Assembly: GCF_009914755.1 (NCBI RefSeq)
Contig: NC_060934.1
Length of the DNA: 64,000 bases
Source: the human T2T-CHM13v2.0 reference genome, Homo sapiens
Direction: 5' to 3' (one strand)
The notes beneath the pieces were generated by a model. The model saw only the letters and a list, made by a program, of their open reading frames with translations. It made no database searches and was not told the origin of the DNA. This document shows, piece by piece, positions 1 through 14,266 of this stretch. The number at the start of each line of letters is the position of its first letter. Position 1 is the first letter of the stretch. Both the position numbers and the translations under genes were made by a program.

Positions 1-1313
1 TCTTTGACACAGTAATTTCCTAAATTAAGGGTCATCATTATCTCTATGAAAGCATGCAAATTTCTGGAATATTGAGTCCTTCTAAGTAGCAGTTTGAAAA
101 TAGCATATTCAGTGGTTTTTCCAGTATGGTCACATGGTGCAAAAAAAAATCTTATCAGAGACACTAAACCATTTCTCGCTCCAGTCCATTTACATTTGTA
201 TATGATCTAGAATACTTTTAACAGGCCTCCAGAGTGTATAGGTGTCTTGATTTGATGTGAATTTGCCTGGCCTACATTTTTTGCTTTATTTTACATAAAA
301 TCATAGAAAATTAGGATGGTAAGTAGTTCTAAAAGGGACTTCCTTCAGATTATCTTTCTCAGTTTAATTATCTATTTTACAGATTTTTGTCATCTGACTC
401 CTAGTTCCATTTTGTTACCATAGAAAGGTCAGTCAGGACTAAATGATGCCCGACTTCTCTACTACAGTCAACTTTAGTTACATAATATAATTTTATTCTT
501 GTAAGTTTTTAATTGCAGTTATTTCTTTAACCTATTATATACTGTCCATTCTGTTTTTTTTAAATTTTGTATTTTGTAAGGGAAATGGAACATGAATGAA
601 AGTGGCTTTCTGAATATTCCTTGAGGTCTATATAATTTTTACTTGGGATTTTCTGAGCTAAAAAATATTGAAGATGAATGCTTTTGAGGAGGATATGGAA
701 TCAAATTTGACAGATTTATGCCAAATGCTGAAGACTGAGGTTGCAAAAGATTCTGGAGTCAATCAAAAGGAATGAACACGAATAAACCACATAGTCCTTC
801 TAGAAGCCTCCTTGAGTTTAATTAGTAATGCCAAATATAACAGAAGTGACTACAAATGTGATTGGTTATTGTTAATAACATAATTTTCTACTCAGATCGT
901 CTTTTAAAAATTGTTAGCTTAAACTCAGCATTGGTGAGTATTTCTGGCATCACTTTTAGTAGCGGTCCATTCAATCATTTCCCCAGGAAGCATCGTGGCT
1001 TTGCTGCTGGGGTGGTTGGAATCAAGGTTTTCTAATTATTTTTCTGTCATACATAAGTAGCATAGGAGACAAAAGCCCAGAGTTAACTTCCTCCAGGTGC
1101 ATTTGATAGATGTTTGAATATCTGATCATTGCTATCCTAATTTTTAAAAATGCACATAAGTGTTGCAAATACTAATTTCGTGTAGTTAAAACGTAACCCT
1201 TCTCCTACACGCATATCTTAATGTGCCTAAAGTGAATTTTTAAACTCTAATTATTAAACTCAGGGCATCTTCTGGAATTGGAGGCTCATTTCATGCATTG
1301 AGTAATCGCTGGT

Positions 1314-1327
1314 GTTGTCATGGTAAC
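1314..1327. promoter_or_regulatory. RFX X-box motif GTTGTCATGGTAAC
   Basis: Near-palindromic match to the GTTGCCATGGCAAC X-box consensus, in unique intronic sequence of a cilia/flagella gene. Confidence 0.5.
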
Positions 1328-1892
1328 ATATAATGTTGGTGCAATTTCCTTTATGTAATAGGTTTTTGCTTGGAAAATTGTGGGTAGATCAAAATTTTCT
1401 AAATTAAATAATCAACACAGGGAAGGAGAAATGTACTTGTGGTAACGCTTTTTGTAAAACTAACAAATGCTTTTTTTAATTAAAATCTTTTTGTAATCTA
1501 AAAATAGAATTTTATAATCTTTATGTAAATTAATTTATAGTCTAATGTATCTGATTTCAGATTTTCACACATCTTGCTTTCTCATAACAAAAAAACACAC
1601 TCAAATATAATAAAATAGTATGATGATGAGCAATTTTAGTAGCAATCATAAATAAATAATCAGACCATTCATAGCCCTATGTAGAAGATTTTCAACTTTA
1701 TTGAAGTAATCTGATCATCACCTTAATTGATGCCAAAAGATCTTACCCATTTGGTATTCATGAATGAGGTTTCTTAGATACTCAAGTTTAGTGGATTTTT
1801 AAAAATTTACTTTTTTAATCCAAAAAAACTTTTAAAAATTTGCGATAAATTTGAATTAAAATCTTCTAAAATCCTTCCTTCTCAACCTTCTG

Positions 1893-2057
1893 TTTTTTTT
1901 TTAGACAGGGTGTCACTTTATTGCCCAGGCTGAAGTGCAATGGTACAATCGTAGCTCACTGCAGCCTAAACCTCCTGAGCTCAAGCGATCCTCCTGCCTC
2001 AGCCTTTCAGGTAGCTGAGATTACAGGCATGCACCATCCCACCCAGTTAATTTTTCA

Positions 2058-2088
<31 letters not shown>

Positions 2089-2204
2089 GATGGGGTCTTA
2101 CCATGTTGCCCAGGCTGGTCTCTCAAACTCCTGAGCTCAAGCAATCCTCCTACCTTGGCCTCCCAAAGTGCTGGGATTACAGGTTTGAGCCTCTGCAGTG
2201 AGCT
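1893..2204 (-). mobile_element. Alu (J-like) with expanded middle poly-A
   Basis: Antisense Alu arms, ~28 T linker at 2058-2085, degenerate TSD ctcaaccttctg/ctcagccttttg. Confidence 0.9.
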
Positions 2205-2859
2205 CCCTCTCAGCCTTTTGAACTGATTATGCTGTTATTAAACTTTGGTGGGGAAAGTTATGGTTGCCATTTTGACTAAATGACTGCCATGTGACCCTCG
2301 GAGGTGTTCTCAGTGCCCCTTGGGGAAGGGGGGCTACTTGTCCCACTCACTGGGTATAAATTCAGGGGGGCAGCTCCTTTGACCTTCGATGCATTTTGTT
2401 GATTCCTTATCAAGCTTCTGAGAGCTGTCAGTTTTTCATTTTCACTGCTATCAGTGGATCTGATTGGCAGAGCTCTAACTTCCTCCCTGTCAGAGTTCCT
2501 TTCAAATCCTTCCTTTCTGTCCATGAAAAGCTTGGATTCCAGGTAACCCAGCTTTATCAAATTGTACACAAAAGCCATACAGGAGGGCCTGATGCCTCTT
2601 TGGTATGTACATAATTTTTGCTTCTCAGAGGCCATTCCCTACCCCCACAGATAATTCTCGTGTATGTTGTGGTTATGTGAAATTTCCAGGTATTTGAGTT
2701 ATGGATACGTGGATATGGATGGTAGTTAAAAATTATTAACAAACATGAATCCTTTTACTTACAAATGGGCTAATGTTGTAGAGTAAAATAGACATAAAAT
2801 ATATCCTGGAAGTAAATTCCGCTTCCGGGAGTATTTTGCCTTAGGTCATTGTAGTGACA

Positions 2860-3245
2860 CCCTCTTGCCTGGAAAACCTCTTCCCATGCAGGCTGTGGTT
2901 CTCTCCCTCACCCCGTTTACATCTCTGTTACAATGTCACCTTGGCGAAGCTACTTAGCATTACCACACGGCTTAAGATTGCACTCCACACATGCATATTT
3001 TCAACGCTCCTTCCCTGCTGCCCTTTTCACATACCCTTATCATTTTCTAACATAGCATGTAACTCACCTGGTACACTTATCATCATTTATTTTCTGCACC
3101 CCCACACCCCTGCACTGCACGCCCCCCCCCCGCGCCACACACCAACCACTAGCATCCATGAAGGGAGCAGCCTTCATCTATTTAATTCACTGATGCATCC
3201 CAAGCATCTAGAACACTGTCCATCCCATAGTAGGCATTCGAAGGA
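2860..3245 (+). mobile_element. L2 3' fragment
   Basis: catctagaacactgtccatcccatagtaggcattc resembles the L2 3' end. Confidence 0.55.
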
Positions 3246-3279
3246 AAATAGGCTTACATCAAAAATACAACCAAAAAAT

Positions 3280-3655
<376 letters not shown>

Positions 3656-4351
3656 CTATTTGACAAACAAAGTCTGTTGTCAAACAATCAATAATGGCCA
3701 TTACTTAAAACAGAAAGCAATCATCAGTGTTGTTTTCTTTGTTTTTATATAACTTGGAAAACAGAAGCAACAGTGGAGGCTTCCCTATAAGAGCCTCCTA
3801 TTGATACTTCTAATTATTATCTACAGAATAAAGATAACTTAAAGTGGGTACAAATATGAAAAGGCAATGAATAAGAATAAAAATAACTATTTTTATAAAG
3901 GCATAGTAAAAGGGGACAAGAACAGCCAGATTCACTTATTAGCAGTGAAAGAAGGAGAAAGCAAAGTAAAACTATTTTTAAGTGAATAAATAAAAGGTGT
4001 GAAGGCTAAAACAATGCCTGTAGAAAGGAACAAATAAAAATGGAAACCAAGAAGCAATAATGAATTTTATAGAAAAATGTAGTTGTTTGGACACATATCT
4101 TTTCTTGGTATACTGCTAATCTCTTTTACAGTTAACAATTTGTAATGCCTTTTGAAAACGAGAAAACCGTTTATTTTTGACATAGGAAATATTGTTTTCA
4201 GCTAAATTTCATGTTACATTTATCCTGTATGCTTCTATCCAATTAATCATATCAAAGTTCCATATTATTTATGCAAGTACTGAGAGACTTATTCTCTGAG
4301 GAGCAGACCCTACACATTAAAAGAATGTTTTAAACTATTACTTTATAACAT

Positions 4352-4368
4352 CACTGCCATCTGTTGGA
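4352..4368 (-). promoter_or_regulatory. Candidate CTCF site (minus strand TCCAACAGATGGCAGTG)
   Basis: One mismatch to the CCASYAGRKGGCRS core. Confidence 0.4.
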
Positions 4369-6064
4369 TCTGATCAGAATTAGAGTTTAAGTTGTTCCAA
4401 GAAGAAAAAGGGTTCAGTGTTTTTCACTTCCCTTTGGCAATGCTAACTAAATTTGGCCACTGGTAAACTATGAAAAGATTAGAATAAATGTTCAGAACTA
4501 ATAAAGATTAGTATAAATGTTGGCTAGACAGTTTTCAAAAGATGCAATTATCTTAGGAAATAAAATGCAATGAACAAAATAAAAATATACACAGTAATAA
4601 CTACAATTATTTTAATAACTATAGAGAAGTGAGAACTGAAGTTTTGTTACAGTAAATGCATGATCATAAGTCCCTTGTTTACACATAGATCACACTAACT
4701 CTGATTCTTCATAATTATTCCATGTCATCCCCATGAAGAACTGAGTGATTTACCTAAATCTTAGAGACCCTTTTATTACCATTTCTTTGCTTTTTATTTT
4801 TTATTTTTTGTACCCCTTTTGACTTTCCATGACAGCAGTGACCCAAGAAAGTTCTAAATGTTAGCACATATAGTGGTGACTGAAAAATTAATTGATTGAT
4901 TACTGGCCCATTGCCAGCTTCTACAATACCAGAGACAAAAAGCTCTTCCCCAGAAACTGTCTTGCTGTTGTGTTCCCTATGGTCAGGACCGCACAAGGGA
5001 ATGATGAAATTGTAAGCAGTACACTCCAAAGGGACTCCACAAACAGATAGAATGCCCCCAAATTATATGGATGTGCATTTGAGTGCTTTGGGAAGCTTAG
5101 AATGTCCTCGTTATATATGGATAACTTGTCATTTTGTATTATCAGTATTAAACATTCTTTTCGCTAATATAGAAATAAAGCATTGACTAATTTTAATACT
5201 TATTAGAATTATTCATGGAGTATCATGCCTGAGAATGCCATGCAATTTGTAGAGAAAACTTTAGAACGTATGCCACATACAGAACTTCACACAGTGTTTC
5301 AAGAAAAGTCAATACTTCATCTAGTGCTTCAACAAAAATCAGTGCTGCATTTACTCACAGTGACCAAAGTCCTTTATCAATCATTTCAGTATTGTCAGGG
5401 AGGGGCATGATCTTAATGATTTCCTGGAATGTTAAGTTTCTCCAGCAGAAATAGAAAGCACTTTTCAAACCTTTTGAAAAATTTCTCTCCCATTCAGTAA
5501 AGTTGGTGGGAAGATAATGTATTGTGTATTTATTGTTACCATTTCTTTTATTCTATTGATTTTAGGCTAATGGTTTCTCCTTAGAATTGCCTATATTTCA
5601 TAGTGGAATGAAGGCTGAGTGCAGTGAATGATGATGGTCATTTTGAAGGGGGGAAAAATCTCTTAAAGTTAGCAAAATACAAACCACAAGTTCCACTTTT
5701 CCTTCTCCATCCCTGTACAGGAAGAGATGAAATGGCTAGACATGTGTCCCATCACCCTTTGAAAAATAAATGTTAACACCCTATTCTTAGAACACACTTC
5801 TTGGCCAGTTACACAGACCCACTTACATAAGTAATCCTGTCATTGAGAATACTTTTTACTAAAGAAGCATTGACCATAGAGATAATCCACAGTGATTTAC
5901 AAAATTAAAACGTAGTCCCATGAAAAATGCAAGTTCGTGTTGTAGACTTGATGTATAGGTTGCATTTAATATTGCTAAGGTTGTACAGCTATTGTCTTTG
6001 TTGCATAGGGTTTTTCATTTTCGGAGAGTTCCATTTTCTAACAATGCAAGGAACTGCGTCTTCA

Positions 6065-6083
6065 TACTGACCCCTAGTGGCCG
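6065..6083 (-). promoter_or_regulatory. Candidate CTCF site (minus strand CGGCCACTAGGGGTCAGTA)
   Basis: One mismatch to the GGCCACTAGGGGGCAG core. Confidence 0.55.
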
Positions 6084-7529
6084 ATTAGGAGGACGTTGGG
6101 GGAGGGGCAAAAAAGGTAATGGAAGGATGGTTCTGTAGTTTAATGAAACGTACGTTAATTTAATTTGGAACACTCTCCAGTGTATCTAAGATAATATTTC
6201 CAAAACATTTTTAAAAGATTCCGATCTGAAAATCATTTCAACATGCTGCTTTTAGAGATAATATTCTACTGCTAAACGTGTGTTTAACAGATGCTTGTGT
6301 TTGACTTTGTCCCCTATTAAGGTGTAGTCATTTACAAATGTTTTGACGCATTCATTGTACCGGTAGCTGGACATCTTCTGTGCTATATAACCAGATAGGA
6401 TAAATGTAATACTCTTGAACAACATAATCTAAGAAATCTCATTGCTATTATGGTTTCTCTAGAGTCGATTTTTTGCTCTTGACTTTGTATAATAGATTTT
6501 GTTTTACATTCTTATTTATATCACTTTGTTGTAAAATTCTAGATCCTTTGAATTAGAATACTCACAAGATGAGTATCTTGCAAGATAGCTAATTTCATAA
6601 GTTTTTAGGAGGTTTTGTTTTGTATTAAGGATGAGCTCTGGAAGAATGTATTTAACATGTTAATTAATGCCTTAAAAGTCCTCTGGAATTAATAGATAAA
6701 ATAAATGGGAAAAGTCCTCATGGTAAACCTGAGAATTATTCTTGCATTATTTCTGTCCAAGTTTACTGAGTGGATGCTTTTCTTTCTGCCCCTTAGAGCC
6801 TAGATTCCTCCCTGTCTGATGGAATCTTATTCTAAACATTGGTTATACTGGATTGGAAAAATCATACTGAATTTGGAAAACAGAGAATGAAAAGCTGAAT
6901 TTTGCAATAGAACAAGTGGATTCCCTATCCCCATTTCATGTCAGTGGATGCCCACCTGACCTTGACTAACAGTTTGAATTTGATTAGCTACTGATTTTGT
7001 GAGGCCAAGTGAATCCCATAAAATGTTCAATTAGAAAATTATCCATGCTACTTTTATTACCTACAGTGCAGAGACTGATATTTGCATAACCTCGTTTTAA
7101 AGTTGCTAGTACTCTCTTTCAGGTTTAATTTCCAACATTACTGATTTTCAGAGGAAATCTTTATATTGTGTGATTTCCCCCCCCACTTCCAATTTGAAGC
7201 ATACTTAAACCTATATAAGGTTATTTTTACCAACCCTTGACTTTTTATGTTAATCATTTCTCTTGATTTTTCTTCACACTGGAAATGGTCCTTACCACTC
7301 ATTGATTACACTTGAGTGAAAGGCTTGAGTAGGATTTCTGAGGAAACTGCCCCAGCTCTAGCTCTGCAGGTGTAGGAGATTTTGCTGTTTAGCTAAAAAT
7401 TGTCTGAAAATGAAATTTTCATGCACACACACAAGTTTTACAATATGATCTTACGTTTCCATGATCTGAAACTCTCTACCCTTGTGGCTCACTGAATGTT
7501 AAGAGGATGATGATGTTGTTGAAAGCTAG

Positions 7530-7725
7530 CAGTTATCGGCCAGGTATTAAGCTAAGTCCTTGAGTGGAATATATCATTAAATCCCAGAGCAGTCCTATGG
7601 GGGAAGGAATATTATTGTCATGCCCATTTTGCAGATGAGGAAACCAAGGCCCGGTGCTTACTCACAGTCACAGAGGTGGTCTGTTCTGTAGGTCCCCAGG
7701 GAGCTGGTAGGAGCTGAACCTCTTA
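7530..7725 (-). mobile_element. MIR
   Basis: cccattttgcagatgaggaaaccaaggccc core. Confidence 0.75.
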
Positions 7726-8489
7726 CTCTCCACCCCGGCAACTTTTCTCTCATTCTTTCCTCATCAGTGCCTCCAGGACCCTTAACTTCTCCACATTTTC
7801 CCCACCAGAAATTTCCCTTGTGCTGAAATTCATGATCTCTTTGAATTCCTCCAGCACTCCTTGTACTCACTCCAGTAGGCACCTTGAAATCATCTTTCAT
7901 CCCTTCCTTTCCCTTTCTCTTTGCTTCTGACCCTCCCTCCACCTTTTTCCCCGGGTTCCTTTCCCTAGTCTCCCTTCTCCCCCTCTCTGCTTCCTCTGCC
8001 TCCTCCTCTCTGCTTCCTCTGCCTCCTCCTCCTTCTCATTTTCCATTCCCTAAGGAATGATGTCCTAAAGCAAGTAAATTCTTTTGGTTTTTGTTTTCCT
8101 GAAAATACTATACTTTTTAAAGCTTAAGAGGTTGAAAAATGTAAAAACTAATAAATTAAAGGTCAGAAAACCATGTGTTTGTTTTTCCGGTCTCTGTTGA
8201 TTAACTTACCTTTGAGCAAGTTTTAGTCTCTCTGCATCCTGTCTTTTTTGACTATGAAACAAACAAGTAAAAATGAATCTATATAATCTACTGTATTTTG
8301 TGCATGTAAGAGATTACCCCCTAGCCAGTATCACAGGGAGTCTGGAATCCAGCTTCTTCCACTGGGGGCCGGATGTGATCCGTCGGTACAGCTGTTATCA
8401 TTTCACCCCAAAATACAGGGAACTTACCACCTTGACTGTAGGTTTTTTTTTGTTTTTTCTTTTTTGTTTTGTTTTAGGTTTTTTTTTTG

Positions 8490-8800
8490 GTAATGATTCT
8501 ACCATTATCTGGGTATCCTTTACCTGCTGGGCACTGTGCTAGGCTCTTGGGGTACCACAGGAAAGGAACACATCAGGCCTACATTTCAGTCAGGGAGGCC
8601 AGCAGTACACAAGTAATTTTAAAATGGTAATTGCAGAATTGTTACAGTATAGGTAAACTTCAAACAGCACAATGTGGAAAGAGGGCCATGGCCCCGGGGT
8701 TAGGAAGGGGCCTAGAGAATGATACAGGGCTTGTTAAGGAAGGGCTCTCTGAAAAAGTGACATCTGAGCTGCTGAGAATAAACCAGTCCTGGCAAGCGCA
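8490..8800 (-). mobile_element. L2 fragment
   Basis: gggcactgtgctaggctc...aaggaagggctctctgaaaaagtgacatctgagctg. Confidence 0.6.
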
Positions 8801-11099
8801 GGGATTTTTTTTTGTTTGCTGTGGCACTAGAGCATTCAGCATCCTTATTATTTAGTTAAGAAAATCAACAACATGGTATCTCTAATTACTTTGGGATTGT
8901 ATCCCTTGTCATTGACAGATATGTAAATACGCTGATTTCCAGGCTAAACAGAAACATTTGGTAGCTGCAAAAGTCATTTATTATGAATATCCTAACTCCT
9001 TGACCATCATTTCTATTTTATTAGGAGACAAGTCAGCCATGCAAAAGAGAGTTGTTTTTTGCTGATGGCAGGTAGTTAATTATGAGTAGGGCATTCTAGC
9101 ATTTGAAACAAGGTAGCATGTATGGAAGTGAAGTATTGTGATTGAACAGATAGGTCAATAAAGGCTCTGTGTCACTTGGGAGGAAATTACATTTGATTTC
9201 CCCAGACTTTGATTGACTGCCTCAAAATCGGTAGCAAAAACATGCATGCTCTTTGTGGAAGTGCTGGGGTAGCACTCACTATTCTCTTTGCAGTCATGCT
9301 GTTCTCTTTGAGAGAGCATAATGTCACCGCGGCTGCAACATCAAAGAGAATTCTGAAAGTCTCAAAATGAAACCTGCTAAGGTGCATCAATATGATGTAA
9401 TCAATTCGGTTTCACATATTTCCTAGCATTTGGGGGGGGGCATTTTTCTTATTTTGCTATAGATGCAAACACATTTTTTTCCCTGTGGCTAGGCTTTACT
9501 TTAATTATGTTAATTTTAAAACCTTCATTTTAAGCATAAGCCTACAATTAATTGGTTGTCTCCCTTAATTGTGAAAAACTTCTTAAATAATATTTCTTTA
9601 AAAGAAGAACATTCTCTTGGCTAGTTTTGTCAACCTGGAGTTCAGCCAGAGTTTAGGGGCACATATACTAGCGTCCTGTAGCTGTGGGGCTGTGGCGGGA
9701 TGATCCTTGTTCTGGACTCAGAAATTGACCAATTTAGCAAACACACTCCACTTCTTGGATCATTACCTTTGTTGAGAAACTGGCTGGAACAAGAGTCAGG
9801 AATTCTGTTTACAGCATTCCAAATCTGGCTGTGATAACCAGGAGACCTGTTTATCATAACGGCCAGTGTTCCACCTGTTCAGACTTCCTGCAGCCGGCAA
9901 GGCTTAAAAATGCCAGCTCTGAGTTGCTGCTGCGTACACACCGCCCCTGACCACTTGCAGAGTGTCTGCCGCCAATATGTCTTCCTTGGTGTGACAAAAC
10001 TCACGGAGACATATGAAAAGTCATGCTGGTGGGAATGGTTGTAATCACTGTTAACAAACAAGGTTCTTATTGCCAATATCACCATCTGTTCCATCGGGTT
10101 CCACATATTACCCTGTATGTGGGCTCTGTTAAACAGATTTCTGTTCTGCCCAAGTTCACCCTTGATTCATGTTACTAGACTTTGCAGTTGGGTTGAATGT
10201 GAACCTCAAATTGAAGCAAGGATTCAACTCTGAAAGGTACCAAATGGTGTCAACTGGTGCACACTAAAATAAACAGAGTCAACAATGTCTGCAAAGACAA
10301 AATAGAGACATCCCTTGATAAAAGAGAAGAATATATTCCCAAGAAGTTGTCTAAAGTGTAAAGTTTTATTTCTTGAATACCATCTAAAAATTACCTCACT
10401 GTATAATTGGAGAAGCATGAGGGCAGGGAGGAAATGAACCAATTTCAAGAGCAGCTGTAAGTGATAAAACTGGAAATCGCAGTGTTGCTGGATCCTATCC
10501 CTTCTTGCAAACTTAAAGCTGAGCTAAGCACTTTCCCCCTCCCTTCTTCTTGATACCTGCAGCGAATTTCTGCTCACTCACCTTGAGTTGATTCGAGTCA
10601 ATTAAAATACATTGATCTTCTCAGCACCGGAAATATAAATAAGACTCAAATATTACCTCTAAGAGGTAAGTACCAGGTACAGACATAGCACAGCAGAGGG
10701 AGTGATTAACAAGGAGGGCCGTGATGGTCACAGATGACTTTGCAGAGGAAGGGACAGGTAAGCAGAGAGTGAAGAATGAGCTAGTGTTCTCCAGCCACAA
10801 GTGCCAGAGGGATAGGGATGGGTGTTTGGGACAAAGGGACCACAAGTGCAAAGACACAGACATGAAATCGCACAATATTTTTAGTGAGCCATAGACGCTA
10901 TTTGTGTTTGAATTTTTCCTCAGTGATGTTCTTAGCATCCTTTCTGTAAGTGCTCTTTTATTGTGGGGCTTGGGCATTTGAATGAAAAATCTGCTGAATT
11001 CCATTCATGAGTGCTGCAAAATAACATTTTTAAATTGTTACTTTTTTCTGATGTAAACATTTATGCCAGAACATCATATTTTTAAACAAAAAGAAATGT

Positions 11100-11850
11100 G
11101 TATATTTAGCACACAAATGCTCTGAGCTCATGTTAAAAAGAAATCTCCTTTGGGGATCCAGAAGTGCCTCCTTGAGGAAAAGACATTTGTGCTGAGCTGT
11201 GAAAGAGGGCTGGGCATTGTCCTGGGGGAAGAGGATGTCAGGAAATGGGAAGAGCGCAGGGGAGCCCTGATGTGGGAAAGAGCCTGGCATATTGAAGGCT
11301 GCAAGAGAAGCCTAGAGCACGGAGCAACAGGAAGAGGCGGCGAGGGGCTGGGGGTGCATGGGGCTGGCGTGAGAAGTGGGGGCCGCTTGTGTAAGGCCTT
11401 GGAGGCCATGTCAGAAATTTGGGGGTAGGCCAGGCATGGCGGCTCACTCCTGTAATTCCAGCACTTTGGGAGGCCGAGGTGGCAGGATTGCTTGAGGCCA
11501 GAAGTTTGGGACTAGCCTGGGCAACGTAGCAAGACTCCATCTCTAGAAAAATAATTTAAAAATATAACAAAAAAGAAAAAGAAAAAATTGGGAACTTTAT
11601 CCTAAGCAATGGGAAACCGTGAAAGTTTTAAGTAGGGGAGCAATATGATTATAATTTTAAAACATCACTTTAGCTGTAAGACGGAGGAAGGACTGGAGGG
11701 GGTGAGGAGAGACCTCTTAGGAGATTATTTATATCAACCCACAAGAGAGGATGCTGAATTGGATTCTGTGGGAGGATGGAGAGAAGGGAGAGATTTGAGA
11801 AATATGGAGGAGGAAAATAGTCAGGACTTGCTAATAGATTGACGTCACAT
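11100..11850 (-). mobile_element. L2 fragments interrupted by an Alu monomer
   Basis: ctccttgaggaaaagacatttgtgctgag...ctttatcctaagcaatggg...tttaagtaggggagcaatatgat. Confidence 0.55.
11428..11587 (+). mobile_element. FLAM / Alu left monomer
   Basis: Single Alu arm followed by A-rich tail. Confidence 0.85.
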
Positions 11851-14266
11851 GACATGTCAAGCTTCACCTCTGTTTACATATATCAAATGATATAAACAGA
11901 TGTTTTCATACATTCCCATATTTGTTTTTTAGTTTGTTTTTTTCCCAATTTACATTTTAAACTCTTACTTGATTAAACTCCAACTGGATGGAGACTAATG
12001 ATAGTAAATATCAGAAAATATTTTCAAATTATTGTGATGACATATGGCCCTATAATTCTGGATTTTAAAACAAAGCAGTTTGACTTCCATCCCATTCATT
12101 TGGATAATGCTATACTATTTGGGAAACCAAAATAATGGCTTTAAAAATATGACAGGCTTCAGCTTGTGTACAGGGAAAAATACAACAGAATGTCTGAGGT
12201 TTGAAATAAACAGAATTAATTCAATTCTTTTTTGTTTTTTAAACAAACAATTTTGTTTCAAAAAAGAATTTTGTTCAATTCTTTTTTGTTTTTTAAAGTA
12301 CAAGTTCTGGACTCTACTTCTGTATATAAAATTAGTTTTTTTAAGGTAAGAATAATAGTTTAATTTACCACCATAATAAGTTAATCTCAATTATTCTTTT
12401 TAGACTTAGTGCTGCATATAGCAAATTACGGGCAAATATGTACATATAATGCAGGTTGTGCCAGCTGTGCCTGCACGACTCATCTTTCTGTGCTGGCATT
12501 TATGTTCAATTTAGTAAAAGCTATATTCCACTGTGTACTAGAATCTTTGGTTTTTTAAACACCTAGTTTTTTATGCATTTCCCTTTACTGTCTCCATCAA
12601 GAGCAAAGAAAAGAGCAGAAGGTAGAGATATAAATGAACCAAGTCAAAATATGCCTTTGTAGAGGAGAAAGAAAGAAACAAAATCAAAGCAGAAAGGCTG
12701 ACTGTTCGGATATACCTGATGTAAATTCCTGTATTTCCATGATCCAATTTTTCTTCGTTTCTTAGTTTTCAAGATGAAAGAAAAAGATGATGTATGACCC
12801 TGCGAACTCCTTTAGTTTTCCAAAAACTCCCTGGTACACACAAAAGACAAAGTATTTGAGAATTTATTGTTTGCATTTACTTAAAATACTTCTGTTTCTA
12901 TCCTGGATGCCATTGAAGTACCCTGCGATTGTATGCTCTTTCTTAACTCTACAGGATGTTTTAAAAAGTGAACATTCTCGAGGGAAAACCACCAAGTGAC
13001 AAAGGAATCATGCATTTTGGCCAAGCATATTTATAATGATTAACAAATACAAGGTATTTGGTTTAAGGGGCTGATTGCATTAAATACCTCAAAAATAAGT
13101 CAAAGGAAAAAACTAATTTTTAAGGAGGTTAAGTATATATTATTAATTAGAAAATATGTATAATTTAACATTTTTGCTGGCAGTTGTAAAAGGTATTCAG
13201 TATTTCCATTGCAAAAATATGAGATGTTTCTGATAAACTAATATATTAGAACCTCCAACTTCTCCCTCTTTCATAAAACCTAATGAACGCCATGCCAATT
13301 AATAATAGGAGAGAAGATGAAAAGTGAAATTATCTTAAGAATGCTTATTTTATCCCCTAGGAAAGGAAATTAAATGCTGACCCTCGGGCTATTATAGTGA
13401 GTGATATAGGGCCTTTGGATATTTTTGTAGAGGTCAATTTTGGTTACATGTCATCTAACCAAATTTTAATTTTAAGGGACGTCATCCTAGAGAAAGAATG
13501 GGAGATACCACAGAAGGGTTAAATGTACAAGGACTGGAGAATGAGTAGAAACGAAGCAAGGCTCTGCCTTTGTGGGATGTGGTGTGTTTGATGGACTGGT
13601 TTATATAAGCCAGGGTGGGAGGTGGTCCTGCGAGGGTGACACCAACTGAGCCCTTCATTCTCCAGAGCTGCTGTCCCTCTTCATTACGTTCCTGCCCAGT
13701 CACTGTGGTTCAGTTTCTTTCAGAGCTGGTGCCCCAGTCACAGCCTGCTTACACCTATGGCTACCAGTCTCTTTATGGAGATTTCATTTACCTCCTCTCT
13801 GATGGATAATTGTCATAACTTCTTTTCTTGAGGTTGTGAGTCCTCCTTCACAATAAGCAAATTGAAGTGACAGTACCAAATTAAATTTAATTCATCACCA
13901 TACAGGATGATGGGCTGAATCATATAGCTTCAGTTGTTTTTTTTTTTAATTTTGGTTATTATTATATAGTCCTAAATGAAAAAATGTGTCAAAAACTTAG
14001 ATGTTCATATTATTGACATCTCAAGTATTTTTCTTGTCTTGACTTCTATTACTATGATGATTTAAATGGATTTTGAAAACAGAATTTTGGGTCTCCCTTT
14101 AAAATCAGGATGCTCTCTTTATCTTATTGCTTGGAACATCTCCTATTTATAGCAATTCCAAACATTGAAGAACATAACTAAAGTATCTTCCACTCATTAA
14201 AATGCTCTAATTTTTATTTTTACTACCTATGAGCTTTAAACTGATTTAAAAATAAGGACAGCTGGT

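Noticed and set aside
8443-8488. T-rich run as the tail of an unknown retrocopy
   Set aside because: Abuts an antisense L2 3' end; no recognisable cDNA body or TSD.
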